Shown: positions 18,007 through 27,967 of the stretch, piece after piece
How the letters are laid out: the number at the start of each line of letters is the position of its first letter
Numbering within the stretch: the stretch's first letter is position 1
Assembly: GCA_026419455.1 (NCBI GenBank)
Contig: JANZZJ010000212.1
Location: forward strand, 1 to 51,817
Origin: Candidatus Sumerlaeaceae bacterium
GTDB lineage: Bacteria; Sumerlaeota; Sumerlaeia; Sumerlaeales; Sumerlaeaceae
Direction: 5' to 3'
Length of the DNA: 51,817 nucleotides
The notes under the pieces: model-generated
Told to the model about the DNA's origin: nothing
Databases searched by the model: none
What the model saw: the letters and a program-made list of their open reading frames with translations, nothing else
Program-made: the position numbers and the translations under genes

Positions 18007-20373
18007 TTAGTGTTTCAATTCGTCTTTAAGTTGGCGCAATATTTCGTTGGCATTTGCAGGGAGTTCTTCCCCGCCATAGCGCAAGCCATAGTACCACAAC
18101 GTAATAACCTCAACAAGAGACAGATTAGTGCTCGCCGCAACACGCTTAGCAAATTCGAGAGGTGTTTCATGAGCGTCGCGGACAAATCCCCGCTTCCGCA
18201 GGGAAGCCAATAAATCCCGGTAAAATTTCGGTAAAGCTTTAGTGGCGGGTTTTGGTTTGCGAATGGTCTTTCTTCTTCCACGTGAGAAAAAGCGTCGAGC
18301 AAATATGGCTCCAACGACGATCACGAGTAACGCGGTCACAATGATGATCGAGAACTCGCCCCACGTCGAGACATCGCCGTCAACGCCTGATGAAAAGTTT
18401 TCAAAACGAAGTGCACCGATGGCATTTCCAACCGCAAAAAAAGCCGCAAGGACGCCTCTGACAACGAATGCCTGATCTTGGGGAGCAAAATCTATGACTG
18501 TGCGGTACCACCTCAGCTTTAACGCATCATAATAGCGAGTGAATGCCAGCAGCAGAGGGTTCATGGGGGTAGGACGTTGCAACCCTGAAGGGGGCGTAGG
18601 GTCAAATGTCATCCATCCATACCCATCGAAAAAAACTTCGACCCACGAATGAGCATCCCTCTGCCGCACAGTAAACATCCCAGCAATGTTATTCCACTCC
18701 GTACAATAGTAACCGTTGACCACACGACAAGGAATCTCTAGCGAGCGAAGAAGCATGGCCATCGCAGTGGCAAAGTACTCGCAGTGACCACGCTTCGATG
18801 TGAAAAGAAAATACTCTACTGGCTGTTCGGAGCCTGGGTTAGGTAAGTCGAGTGAATACTCATAGTTCTGACGCAGGTAGTTTTCAATGGCTCGAGCCTG
18901 TGCATAGGGAGCATCGGCAGTCTTCGTAATTTCTTGTGCCAGGGCACGAAGCCTATCTTTGTCCAGACTTTCGGGAATACGCAGGCACGCCGCCAAATAG
19001 GGTGGAAAAATATAATCAGGAGTGAGCCGCATAACTGCAGCATCCGGTGCCAACAAGCGGCTTCGACGCCTCGGCTGCTGGGGAGTCTCGCCGGGCCTAG
19101 CTAATGTGTTCCCGACTGTAATGCCCATTTCTCTCCCTGCCCGTTGAAGTGCTTCGACAATCAAAGATGAGGATGTTGTTGTGTCGCCTTCACTACGAGC
19201 TTCTCTCACAGACCGCTGTCGCGAGGATGGACGTTGGTAAATGGCAGGGTCCTCACGCGATTCGAGGTCTTCGACCCGTGATATCACAGTATAGTGGATT
19301 TCCTTGGCTGGCGGGTAGGGGAGCCAAGCGACGCCGGCCGAGGCATCGGTAAGCAGCGCCTGCTGGAAATCAAACGAGAGCAAAGCAAATGGGAAAGTCT
19401 CTCCAAAGATAAAACGCGATGTACTGGCCGGTTGAATGATGAGATTCCGGCGAGTCGGATAAGGACGTAGGCAGAACTGCCCGAATGGTTCACGATACGC
19501 TGCCCAAGAACTGCGTTCCCACCGCTGACCGTCAAAAGTGTCAAGAGCTACTCCTCGTAATCGAACCGACGACGGGCGTGGCCCCTCATCGAGCGGTTTC
19601 ACGAACATGGCGACGCTAGTGTCCAATTGAATGGTGCCGATCTTTCCAAACTCAATATTCTCGTCGAAAGCTGAGGTCACCTGGGGGGAAGCTGGTGCAC
19701 CCATGGTCTGGAGCACACGGCGTGTGGAAAGGCGGGGAACCATTACAAAGAACACGGCGCTCAGGCAGATGATTAGGCAGGTCAGCGCTAGCGGTGTCCC
19801 AAAGGAAAATGTGTGGGCCCTCTCATGCGCATTCTCTAAGCGGCCAATGATATCAAGTTCATTGGGACGTGCGCGGAAAAAGCGAAATGACGGAGATGTT
19901 GGTTCCGTTTGCTGTGCCCGGCTAAGGAGCACAAGCTCATTGTGAAGAATCAAACACTTCACTAGCACTAGCAGATAAGCGAAAACGGCGAGACCGTAGC
20001 TTGGTGACGTTGTGAGCAGGGCCGCAGCAAACATTTGAAAAAAGCTAACAAGATAAATAGAAAAAGCATCCCCTACTAGGCGCCTAAATGACAAAAGCTT
20101 TATCGCCTGGAGAGCGAGTAAGAAGTGGACGGTGGCGTTGAGCAGATTTTGCTTCGCCATAGGTAGCACACGCAGGAAGATAAGCAAGACAATGAGGTCC
20201 CAAAACCACCAGGGGATACGTCGAAGATGTTTTCGGGCCAGGAAGGCTAAGGGCGGAATCACAAGGCAAGGAATGACAATTTGCGCAGGTACCTCGCCTG
20301 TTATTGCAAGGGCGAGTGCTCCCCACCATGCAAGTAACGTCACTAAAAGCTGATAGGCGTCCCAAAGTCTCAT
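18007..20373 (-). CDS. Transglutaminase-like membrane protein (TgpA-type: N-terminal TM bundle, transglutaminase core, DUF4129-like tail)
   Basis: The catalytic-core motif is KRGHCEYFATAMAMLLRSLEIPCRVVNGY ... DAHSWVEVFFDGYGWMTFDPT. Several N-terminal TM helices are present. Its start overlaps the DUF58 stop by 4 nt. Confidence 0.85.
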   Translation of the reverse strand: MRLWDAYQLLVTLLAWWGALALAITGEVPAQIVIPCLVIPPLAFLARKHLRRIPWWFWDLIVLLIFLRVLPMAKQNLLNATVHFLLALQAIKLLSFRRLVGDAFSIYLVSFFQMFAAALLTTSPSYGLAVFAYLLVLVKCLILHNELVLLSRAQQTEPTSPSFRFFRARPNELDIIGRLENAHERAHTFSFGTPLALTCLIICLSAVFFVMVPRLSTRRVLQTMGAPASPQVTSAFDENIEFGKIGTIQLDTSVAMFVKPLDEGPRPSSVRLRGVALDTFDGQRWERSSWAAYREPFGQFCLRPYPTRRNLIIQPASTSRFIFGETFPFALLSFDFQQALLTDASAGVAWLPYPPAKEIHYTVISRVEDLESREDPAIYQRPSSRQRSVREARSEGDTTTSSSLIVEALQRAGREMGITVGNTLARPGETPQQPRRRSRLLAPDAAVMRLTPDYIFPPYLAACLRIPESLDKDRLRALAQEITKTADAPYAQARAIENYLRQNYEYSLDLPNPGSEQPVEYFLFTSKRGHCEYFATAMAMLLRSLEIPCRVVNGYYCTEWNNIAGMFTVRQRDAHSWVEVFFDGYGWMTFDPTPPSGLQRPTPMNPLLLAFTRYYDALKLRWYRTVIDFAPQDQAFVVRGVLAAFFAVGNAIGALRFENFSSGVDGDVSTWGEFSIIIVTALLVIVVGAIFARRFFSRGRRKTIRKPKPATKALPKFYRDLLASLRKRGFVRDAHETPLEFAKRVAASTNLSLVEVITLWYYGLRYGGEELPANANEILRQLKDELKH

Positions 20374-21569
20374 TGTCCGGTGCCCCGTAGTAGCACATTA
20401 GCGGTCAGCTGCCATTCCCGGACGTCGATCTGGGCGACGATTCTCATGCCTTCCGGAATGTCGTTTGCTGATGAGTAACGGATGTAAACAACGTCGTGTT
20501 TGTCTGCTGAAGGAGCGAACGAATTCGAGCGGTCATCGCTCTTGAGTTCCACCAGAGCCAACGCACGCTGTATGCGGTCGATTTGAGCCTCCCCGCCGGC
20601 GGGAGCAATTTCGCCATGGTTGGTGACAAGCCCGACGTCAAAATTGTGGGTGATGAAGTGGGCAGCCAGGCTTGCCGTGAGAACAACAGCAAACTCAAAA
20701 CTTCTATGAGCCTCGCCCGGCGGTTGCATTGCGGATGAAGCCATGGTGGTAGGCAATGCTAGGAAAATTTTGCGATGTTCCTCCCGTTCAAACTCAGTAA
20801 CCATGATTCTTCGGGCGCGGGCGCTTGTGCGCCAGTGAATCCTCTTGGCGGGTTCACCAGGAACATACTCACGCAGTCCGTATAAATCTCCTGACTGACC
20901 ACGCTTCGGTTGTGAGATTTCACCCGTCTCGGCGAGTAAAGCCTCTATGGGGGTAGCAACTCTATAAATGGGAGGTAAGACGAGGAGTTCCCCTGGGACA
21001 GGGAAGAATATTGCTCTTTCAATAAAACCGAAGGGGAATAACGACCGGATTACGATTTCGCGGAATTCGATAATGCCGCGTTGACGAAATGGAGCACTTT
21101 GAGCAGCGTAACTCAGCGTTGCTGTCTCACGCGGAAACAGAGTACTACAAACAACACGCCCGACGATCTCGGTGCCGGTCTTCGTTTTAGCCCGATCTTC
21201 CAACAGGAGATTATAAGCTTTCCACCACCGACGCTTGTTCTTAATGACAAACGTGATGGGTAAATCACTACCAGCTACGAATTTTCGCGGAAGACGTCGC
21301 TCGACCTCAAGCTTATCGAGATTTCGCGGTGAGACGATACCATGAGTTAGAAATCCGGCAATGAGCATGGCGAAAAGATAATAAACAAGATTAGTTCCAG
21401 ATGTTACCGCCCCGTAACCGATGATGACTATCAACACCAGCATGGAAACGCCTAGTCCGGTTAATCGGTAGCGGTAGCTCGCGGTCGTCTGGGTAACACG
21501 CCACGGAGAATGGGAACGCGGCTTAAACTGCAGTAGGTGTGCTGCTCTTGATATCCACGAAGGAGTCAT
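20370..21569 (-). CDS. DUF58 domain protein
   Basis: The characteristic motif is LREYVPGEPAKRIHWRTSARARRIMV. An N-terminal TM hairpin is present. Confidence 0.85.
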   Translation of the reverse strand: MTPSWISRAAHLLQFKPRSHSPWRVTQTTASYRYRLTGLGVSMLVLIVIIGYGAVTSGTNLVYYLFAMLIAGFLTHGIVSPRNLDKLEVERRLPRKFVAGSDLPITFVIKNKRRWWKAYNLLLEDRAKTKTGTEIVGRVVCSTLFPRETATLSYAAQSAPFRQRGIIEFREIVIRSLFPFGFIERAIFFPVPGELLVLPPIYRVATPIEALLAETGEISQPKRGQSGDLYGLREYVPGEPAKRIHWRTSARARRIMVTEFEREEHRKIFLALPTTMASSAMQPPGEAHRSFEFAVVLTASLAAHFITHNFDVGLVTNHGEIAPAGGEAQIDRIQRALALVELKSDDRSNSFAPSADKHDVVYIRYSSANDIPEGMRIVAQIDVREWQLTANVLLRGTGQ

Positions 21570-21675
21570 TGTTGGCTGCCTACGTTCCTTTCGTAGAGTT
21601 TACCATCCTGATTGAAATACGTTTTCCTATCGCTTTCTACTTTTAGCATGAATCATGACTAAGGAGCTTCTATTG

Positions 21676-23649
21676 ATGCCCAAATTTGTCGTCAGGACAG
21701 GACCTCAAACCGGTACCGAAATTGAAATGCGGGGCGAACGGCTGCTTTTTGGCAGGAGCGAAGAGTGCGACGTAGTGCTGGCTGACCCCAACGTGTCCCG
21801 TAATCATGCCCAGGTACTCGAGCTTAACGGAATGGTCCTTCTTTACGACTTGAATAGTTCCAACGGAACCTTCGTGAACGACATTCCCATCTCGCGCACC
21901 TTCCTTATGGACGGGGACGAAATCCGTATCGGAAACACGGTATTCAAATTCGTTGCCGGAGGCTCAGTAGCTACTTCCTCCGCGGCACCAGCCGCCGAGC
22001 AAACTATAACCATTGCTTCGCCTGGGACGGTCGGGACCGAACTGGCAGCGTTAGATAATAATACCCGATTACTTCGAATCGAGGCTGGAGGGGCGGAGGA
22101 GAGCACGCTCAAGGATGTCTATTTAAAGCTCAAAACACTTTACCGTATATCGGTTGAGCTTTTCCAGAGTACAACACTCGACGAAATGCTCGATGCCATT
22201 GCACGAGCAGCCCAGCTAGCCGCTGGGATTGAGCGGTTTCTTTGCTATCTTCCCGACGAGGGTGCGGAATCATGGAATCTACATTATTCCCACCTGTCAA
22301 CAAAAGCCAAATCGTGCCAAGCGACTCTTCCCCCAATTCCATTGTCGTTCATTGCATCTGCTGCCGAGCGCGAAGAAGCCTTGGCTGGGCGATGGAATCA
22401 TGCTAAAGAGCTCGAGATAGGAGTCGAGCCATACACTATCGTTGCGTTTGCAGTGAAACGCAACAAACAGCCCGTGGCCGTAGTCTGCGTCGACAATCCT
22501 GTTAGTGCTGATCCAGTTACCAAGGACGACATAGATTTTCTCGCAACCCTGACTCGCCAACTCCTGGTGCGATTGCGTCAGGTTGAGCAGGTGGACGCTC
22601 TTCGTCAGGAAAATTTGGTGCTGCGCCAGCGCAGTGGCGAGGACTTTGCCATCGTTACGCAGGATGATTGCATGAAAGCCGTCATGGACCTAACCATGAG
22701 GGCAGCTGAGCGTGATTGCCCGGTCCTCATCCTTGGAGAAACGGGCACCGGAAAAGAATTAGTGGCACGTTCACTCCATAATTTCTCTCGCCGTCGGGCA
22801 AAACCTTTTGTGGCAGTCAATTGCGCCGCGTTGCCCGATACTCTATTAGAGAGCGAACTCTTCGGCCACGAAAAGGGGGCCTTCACCGGAGCGCTCGAGC
22901 GAAGGATTGGTAAGTTCGAGCTGGCAGACGGAGGAACGCTATTTCTTGATGAAATCGGCGATATGAGTCCTACGGCTCAAGCCAAACTGTTGCGCGTTTT
23001 GCAAGATGGAGAGATTCAGCGGTTAGGGGGGAACAAGATTATTAGGGTTAATGTGCGCGTCGTTGCTGCCACGAATAAAAAGTTAGAGCAGGAAGTCGAA
23101 AAAGGGAATTTCCGGCAGGATCTCTATTACCGCATCCGTGTCCTAGAAATAATTCTCCCGCCGTTGCGCGAGCGTCCGGCCGATATCCCCGTTCTGGCCA
23201 AGTACTTTCTCGATCAATTGCGGCACCGATTTCCAACCCCCGTTCGAGCAATTCACCCGGACACCATGCGGGTTCTGCTTGGCTATCATTATCCCGGTAA
23301 CGTCCGCGAGCTTAAGAACATTATCGAGCGCGCTCTGGTCCTGGCTTCAGGAGAGTTTTTGTTGCCAGAACATTTGCCAAGGGAGGTTCTGGAGTCGGCA
23401 GTGAGTGCAGACCGCCAAGAACCGTATGCCGTCCACCCTCTACCGCAACCACTCTCTGGGCCACAGCAAGAATCATCGCTACGATCGCTGGCCGAAGTCG
23501 AGCGTGAGCATATTATGCGTGTTCTCAAGGCTTGTGGGGGCAGTAAGGTGCAAGCTGCCACGGTGCTAGGAATTAGTCGTACTACGCTTTACGAAAAACT
23601 TAAGGAATACGGCGAAGAAGGCAAAGCTCAGCATGACGCGAACACCTGA
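21676..23649 (+). CDS. FHA domain, GAF-like sensor, sigma-54 AAA+ activator and Fis HTH
   Basis: The FHA motif is [32 protein letters not shown]+ motifs are GETGTGKE and GAFTGA. The HTH is [25 protein letters not shown] prefer ATG 21676 (AGGAG 9 nt upstream) over the in-frame ATG 21655. Confidence 0.9.
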   Translation: MPKFVVRTGPQTGTEIEMRGERLLFGRSEECDVVLADPNVSRNHAQVLELNGMVLLYDLNSSNGTFVNDIPISRTFLMDGDEIRIGNTVFKFVAGGSVATSSAAPAAEQTITIASPGTVGTELAALDNNTRLLRIEAGGAEESTLKDVYLKLKTLYRISVELFQSTTLDEMLDAIARAAQLAAGIERFLCYLPDEGAESWNLHYSHLSTKAKSCQATLPPIPLSFIASAAEREEALAGRWNHAKELEIGVEPYTIVAFAVKRNKQPVAVVCVDNPVSADPVTKDDIDFLATLTRQLLVRLRQVEQVDALRQENLVLRQRSGEDFAIVTQDDCMKAVMDLTMRAAERDCPVLILGETGTGKELVARSLHNFSRRRAKPFVAVNCAALPDTLLESELFGHEKGAFTGALERRIGKFELADGGTLFLDEIGDMSPTAQAKLLRVLQDGEIQRLGGNKIIRVNVRVVAATNKKLEQEVEKGNFRQDLYYRIRVLEIILPPLRERPADIPVLAKYFLDQLRHRFPTPVRAIHPDTMRVLLGYHYPGNVRELKNIIERALVLASGEFLLPEHLPREVLESAVSADRQEPYAVHPLPQPLSGPQQESSLRSLAEVEREHIMRVLKACGGSKVQAATVLGISRTTLYEKLKEYGEEGKAQHDANT

Positions 23650-24511
23650 GCACCATCAGTGGGAAGCTGGCAAAGAGTCGCCAAATCCTGGTGCCGCTGC
23701 AATTCTAGCGTTTGCGGATATTTTTCTTTGCGGCTACCTTTTGTATTTTGCGGTTTACTTGATTCTCTTTGCAGGATTTATGGCCGTGCGTGACGTGGGG
23801 CCTCTGATCAGTATTCTTCTGCCGGCCCTATTGGCTATAGTCGCCTATTGCCCGACAGATTCTCTCACGCGTGCCTTAGGACAAGCGGCTAGAGTAGCTG
23901 GCATTTTCGCTTTGTCGGCTGTTGGGGTTCGTGGAGCCATCGAGCTTTCTCGTGCCTATTCGCTTCAGCAGGGGATTTCGTTCCTCAGAGCAGGATCGGT
24001 GGCACTAATTTGCTCATATGTTAGTGCATTCGCTTTGGCCGAACCGGTGTCCGCACTTGTGAGCGGACGGAGGCTACGTTGGTTACCCTGTGACAAACCT
24101 CCTCTGTGGTTAGGCATACTTTACATCGTTGTAAGTACCTGCATCGCTTACACGGTCGTGATTTTTTCCTATGACGGGTTTTTCTACGGTCCCCGTGGGG
24201 TAGGTGTCACATGGTTGGCTATTCGAGCGACGCGCCACACCTTTTGGCTTACGGCTGAGGTCATTTTACTTTTTCTTTTGGTGGCGACCATCCCCTACGT
24301 TTTGCGTGGCGCGTACCTTGCCAGTAGTGCACGTAGAAATTTGCCTACTGCCGTGGCGTTTGTGGTTGCGCTGTCCTGGACTGTTTTAGGGGCTCACTGG
24401 GGAACGCTTGCGCCTGGTTTCGAATGTCTCGTCTACATCGTGGGGATCTGTTGGTTTTTTTGTACCATGTGGCCACGCCTTATGCCTGGGCTTAGGCGCC
24501 AGAGCGCATAA
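23633..24511 (+). CDS. Polytopic membrane protein, function unknown
   Basis: It has about eight hydrophobic helices and no recognised motif. It overlaps the preceding activator gene by 17 nt. Confidence 0.5.
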   Translation: MTRTPEHHQWEAGKESPNPGAAAILAFADIFLCGYLLYFAVYLILFAGFMAVRDVGPLISILLPALLAIVAYCPTDSLTRALGQAARVAGIFALSAVGVRGAIELSRAYSLQQGISFLRAGSVALICSYVSAFALAEPVSALVSGRRLRWLPCDKPPLWLGILYIVVSTCIAYTVVIFSYDGFFYGPRGVGVTWLAIRATRHTFWLTAEVILLFLLVATIPYVLRGAYLASSARRNLPTAVAFVVALSWTVLGAHWGTLAPGFECLVYIVGICWFFCTMWPRLMPGLRRQSA

Positions 24512-25208
24512 GCGTCCCATTCTCGCTAAACCGCAGTGATCTTGCCCAAGCCGGCGGCAAATTCCATAACACGAGCTGTTGTCGAAATTGGTGGTTTGCA
24601 ATGAGCTTTGTCAAAATAGCTTCTACGGATTCGAGGCGTTGCCGTTCTGCTCTGTTGGCGACGAGCCGTTTGAGATGTCGAATAGCAACATATTCAAAAA
24701 AATTCACTGTGCCGTCCTTTTGAAGCAATGCGTCGAATTTGGCGAATATCATGCGCACAGTGTCGGGCTGGAAATTATTAAAAGGAAGGCCGCACACGAT
24801 GTGATGGAATGAGCGAGTCGTCGCCAGCTCTTCCACAGGTTTGCATATAATTTCCGTGGCATTTTTCCACCGTGTGAATTCTGGATCTGTCGAAAACTTG
24901 TGAGCCAACTGAGAAGCGAAATCTGGATTGATTTCGCAAAGGACGAGGGTGTCACCTGCGTGCAGTCGTTCGAGAATACCGCGCGTAAGCGCACCCGTGC
25001 CCGGACCAACTTCAAGCACGTGCATGGCGCCTGCTGGCGGCCTTTCCTCCAATGATTTCGCCAATGCGCGTGCCAATGCCCGCGAGCTGGGAGCAATCGC
25101 CCCTACGTGATAGTAGTCTTTTAAGGTTTGGCGTATGAAGCTGAGCATCCGTTCAAACTCCGGCCCGTGTCGGCTTGTCGCAAATGTATGTCCACCGTCA
25201 AAGCGCAT
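24492..25208 (-). CDS. Class I SAM-dependent methyltransferase (phospholipid N-methyltransferase-like)
   Basis: SAM motif I is VLEVGPGTGALT, preceded by VGAIAPSSRALA. This N-terminal pattern is typical of the PmtA-like COG group. Confidence 0.65.
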   Translation of the reverse strand: MRFDGGHTFATSRHGPEFERMLSFIRQTLKDYYHVGAIAPSSRALARALAKSLEERPPAGAMHVLEVGPGTGALTRGILERLHAGDTLVLCEINPDFASQLAHKFSTDPEFTRWKNATEIICKPVEELATTRSFHHIVCGLPFNNFQPDTVRMIFAKFDALLQKDGTVNFFEYVAIRHLKRLVANRAERQRLESVEAILTKLIANHQFRQQLVLWNLPPAWARSLRFSENGTLMRSGA

Positions 25209-25294
25209 GGGCTGGCTTTCAAGGTGAATTCATAAACTCGAATGAGCCTAGGCGTTACGGGTAATAGTTATTAGAAAATAAAATGAAGAAAAGA

Positions 25295-25654
25295 GGGGGC
25301 GTAACGGTTTCGACGGGGATCGTTGTGGGAGTGGTTGCAAGCCGAGGCGCACGGCCCTCGTAAATCCCGTGCAACTGCAAAATTAACTGCAGACCAAGAA
25401 CTCGCTCTCGCTGCCTAAGTTAGGCTAGCGCGTTTGCCCCGCTGATGCCTGCTCGGCGGGAGCAAGCGTCGAGAATGCAGGCTCGCCGGCCGGAGTGGCC
25501 CGCTCCGGCGGGTTAAACCCAACGGGCTGGCCGGGGTGGAAATCCCGCCGAAAGGCGTTGCGCCATTGGCGACTAACAAAAATTTCGGCTAAGCTTGTAG
25601 AAGCCGCTCTGGCAAGATCTTCGGACGTGGGTTCGACTCCCACCGCCTCCACCA
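25295..25654 (+). ncRNA. ssrA: tmRNA (one-piece SsrA)
   Basis: The 5' GGGGGCG pairs with the 3' CGCCTCC-ACCA, giving a G3:U wobble. The 5' end reads GGGGGCGTAACGGTTTCGACGGGG and the T-arm is GTGGGTTCGACTCCCAC. The internal tag ORF ends ..GCAGACCAAGAACTCGCTCTCGCTGCC TAA, encoding ..ADQELALAA with its stop at 25416-25418. A T-run follows the CCA. Confidence 0.95.
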
Positions 25655-25723
25655 TTGTTTTTTTCCCCGGTAAAATCAAAACCCTTGCCGTGCGGCTAGT
25701 TAGCCCTGATATCTTGTTTCACC

Positions 25724-26416
25724 ATGATACCACTGCGCGATGTAAATCGAACACGCCACATTCCGTGGATGGTCTGGCTTATCATCGTGGTCTGCGTTCT
25801 CGTCTTTCTTCAGGAATTGGCGATTCCTGCTAAGTATCAGGAGCAGTTCTTCTATCTATTGGGATTTGTTCCTCGGCGGCTAACTGATCCCCTGTGGGCT
25901 GTGCAGGTGGGGTTTCCTCCCGGCGCCTCTGTCACCCTCGTCACAAGCATGTTTCTTCACGGCAGCTTCGCTCATCTTCTTTTTAACATGTGGACGCTAG
26001 CTGTGTTTGGCGACAACGTTGAGGATCGGATGGGACCTTTCCGATTCCTTGTTTTCTATCTCGTTTGCGGCATTGGCGCAGCGCTCACACATCTCGTTTT
26101 CAATCCCACCTCAGCAATTCCTACTGTAGGAGCGTCTGGGGCCATTGCAGGTGTGCTCGGTGCCTACCTGTTTTTGTTTCCCCATGCACGGATCATCACA
26201 TTCATCCCTGTCTTGTTCGTGCCGTACTTCATTGAACTTCCTGCCGCAACGTTTCTGGTTATGTGGTTTGTCATTCAGCTTTTTAGCGGTTGGACCTCGC
26301 TCTTTATGCCGCCCAATGTTGGCGGTGTGGCATGGTGGGCCCACGTGGGTGGGTTCGTTTGTGGAGCTCTGATTTTTCCTGTCTTCTTGCGGCGCGACCG
26401 ACGGCCGTGGCGGTAA
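25724..26416 (+). CDS. Rhomboid-family intramembrane serine protease
   Basis: Motifs are FLHGSFAHLLFNM, the catalytic GASGAIAGVLGAY and WWAHVGGFVCG. Confidence 0.9.
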   Translation: MIPLRDVNRTRHIPWMVWLIIVVCVLVFLQELAIPAKYQEQFFYLLGFVPRRLTDPLWAVQVGFPPGASVTLVTSMFLHGSFAHLLFNMWTLAVFGDNVEDRMGPFRFLVFYLVCGIGAALTHLVFNPTSAIPTVGASGAIAGVLGAYLFLFPHARIITFIPVLFVPYFIELPAATFLVMWFVIQLFSGWTSLFMPPNVGGVAWWAHVGGFVCGALIFPVFLRRDRRPWR

Positions 26417-26493
26417 CGTCGTTCATGCTTGAATCCACGGCCGGCCAAATGAATAAAGATGAGCTGCAACGTCGAAAACCATGAGGTACGAAC

Positions 26494-27240
26494 ATGTCAG
26501 GACATTCTAAATGGCATTCGATTCGTCACAAGAAAGCCGCAGTCGATGCCAAGAGAGGTAAAATTTTTACTCGGATCATTCGCGAAATCACCATCGCTGC
26601 GCGGCTGGGCGGTGGTGATCCGGAAAGTAATCCGCGTCTGCGTACGGCTATTGCCGCGGCCAAAGACGTCAACATGCCGATGAAGAACATTGAAAATGCA
26701 ATCAAACGCGGTACCGGCGAAATTGAAGGTGCAACTTACGAAGAAGTTGTTTACGAAGGCTACGGGCCCGGCGGCGTGGCAATCATGGTGGAAGCGACCA
26801 CCGATAATAGAAATCGTACCACAGCAGAAATTCGCCACCTTTTCAGCAAGTATAACGGTAGCCTTGGTGCCGTTGGCTGTGTTTCATACCTTTTTTCCAA
26901 AAAGGGTGTCATATCGATTCCCAAGGAAGGTGTGGTGGAAGACAAACTGCTTGAGGCAGCTCTCGACGCTGGGGCCGAGGATGTGAAAACTGAAGACGAG
27001 GCTTACCAAGTTTACACCGACCAAGGGCACCTCCAACAAGTACGCGAGCTATTGGAGAAAGCTGGTTTCAAGGTCGAACGTTCAGAAGTGGTCAACATTC
27101 CCTCGACGACAAAACGTGTGGAGGGGCGCGACGCCGAAACGTTGCTTAAGCTCTTGGATGCCCTCGAGGATCACGATGACGTCCAATCCGTAAGCAGTAA
27201 CTTTGAAATGAGTGACGAACTCATCGAACAATTTAAATAA
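26494..27240 (+). CDS. yebC: YebC/PmpR-family protein
   Basis: The N-terminus [27 protein letters not shown] and the full length are typical of YebC. Confidence 0.95.
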   Translation: MSGHSKWHSIRHKKAAVDAKRGKIFTRIIREITIAARLGGGDPESNPRLRTAIAAAKDVNMPMKNIENAIKRGTGEIEGATYEEVVYEGYGPGGVAIMVEATTDNRNRTTAEIRHLFSKYNGSLGAVGCVSYLFSKKGVISIPKEGVVEDKLLEAALDAGAEDVKTEDEAYQVYTDQGHLQQVRELLEKAGFKVERSEVVNIPSTTKRVEGRDAETLLKLLDALEDHDDVQSVSSNFEMSDELIEQFK

Positions 27241-27252
27241 AGGGCAGCGGCT

Positions 27253-27534
27253 ATGCGGCTAAGGCCAGAGAAAATAGATTATCTTGCGAATAAAATTACG
27301 CAAGAGCTTCAGAAGCTTAAATCCGTAAAGTTCTCCGCTCCACCAGAACAAGTTGCAGGCACTATCCGACGCGTCATCCTTCATGACCTCCAACGTGAGG
27401 ATGAGATTGAAAAGGAGGCGGAGGAGCTACTTCGCAAGCATCGGCAGAAAATTGAGTTCAATAATCTCAGCTTTAGCACGCTATTGCACAAGGCCAAGCA
27501 AGAGATAGCGCGTCGACGCAAGATTGTGTTGTAG
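27253..27534 (+). CDS. DUF507-like small protein, paralogue 1 (93 aa)
   Basis: MRLRPEKIDYLANKITQEL..EDEIEKEAEELL..EIARRRKIVL aligns along its whole length with the next ORF. The DUF507 family call is from memory. Confidence 0.6.
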   Translation: MRLRPEKIDYLANKITQELQKLKSVKFSAPPEQVAGTIRRVILHDLQREDEIEKEAEELLRKHRQKIEFNNLSFSTLLHKAKQEIARRRKIVL

Positions 27535-27600
27535 TCCCTAGGATATTTTTGCAGCTGACCGAAGGCTAGTTTGGCGACAAAAGAGAAAGAGGAGTTCTCA

Positions 27601-27882
27601 ATGCGACTTTCTGAAAAGCGCATCCAATTCATTGCCACCCAGATTGTGGACGAGCTTCTTTCCCGTAAAGAGATCAATTATAGCGGAAGCCGTCTAGCGC
27701 TTGAGACAGAAATCGCGCGAATAATTTCCGAAGACCTGAGGATCGAAGACGAGATTGATCAGGAAGTTGTGGAAATGATTTCCAAAATGAAGCGCAATAT
27801 TCCTCCTGGCAGCGCCGAATGGGACGCCATTTATCAGGAGAAGAAGGCGGAAATTGCGCGCCGCCGAAACTACATCTTCTAG
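27601..27882 (+). CDS. DUF507-like small protein, paralogue 2 (93 aa)
   Basis: The sequence is MRLSEKRIQFIATQIVDEL..EDEIDQEVVEMI..EIARRRNYIF. I prefer ATG 27601 (AAGAGGAG 6 nt upstream) over the track's TTG 27571. Confidence 0.6.
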   Translation: MRLSEKRIQFIATQIVDELLSRKEINYSGSRLALETEIARIISEDLRIEDEIDQEVVEMISKMKRNIPPGSAEWDAIYQEKKAEIARRRNYIF

Positions 27883-27967
27883 AGGCCTCTTTCCTGAACC
27901 TACACTGATGTCGAAAGTGTGCGTTTTTCTCGTCTTGGGCAAATCATCCTAAGAAAGGAGTTCGAAA

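Noticed and set aside
24000-24014. The sequence TGGCACTAATTTGCT, which resembles a sigma-54 promoter.
   Set aside because: The spacing is one nucleotide too short, and the site lies inside the coding sequence of the 8-TM protein.
25425-25833. Track ORFs 25425..25679 (minus) and 25495..25833 (plus).
   Set aside because: Both overlap the tmRNA gene, and the tmRNA structural features explain the region.
25655-27240. A possible genomic island integrated at the tmRNA 3' end.
   Set aside because: There is no integrase and no visible repeat of the tmRNA 3' end. The downstream genes are housekeeping (rhomboid, yebC).
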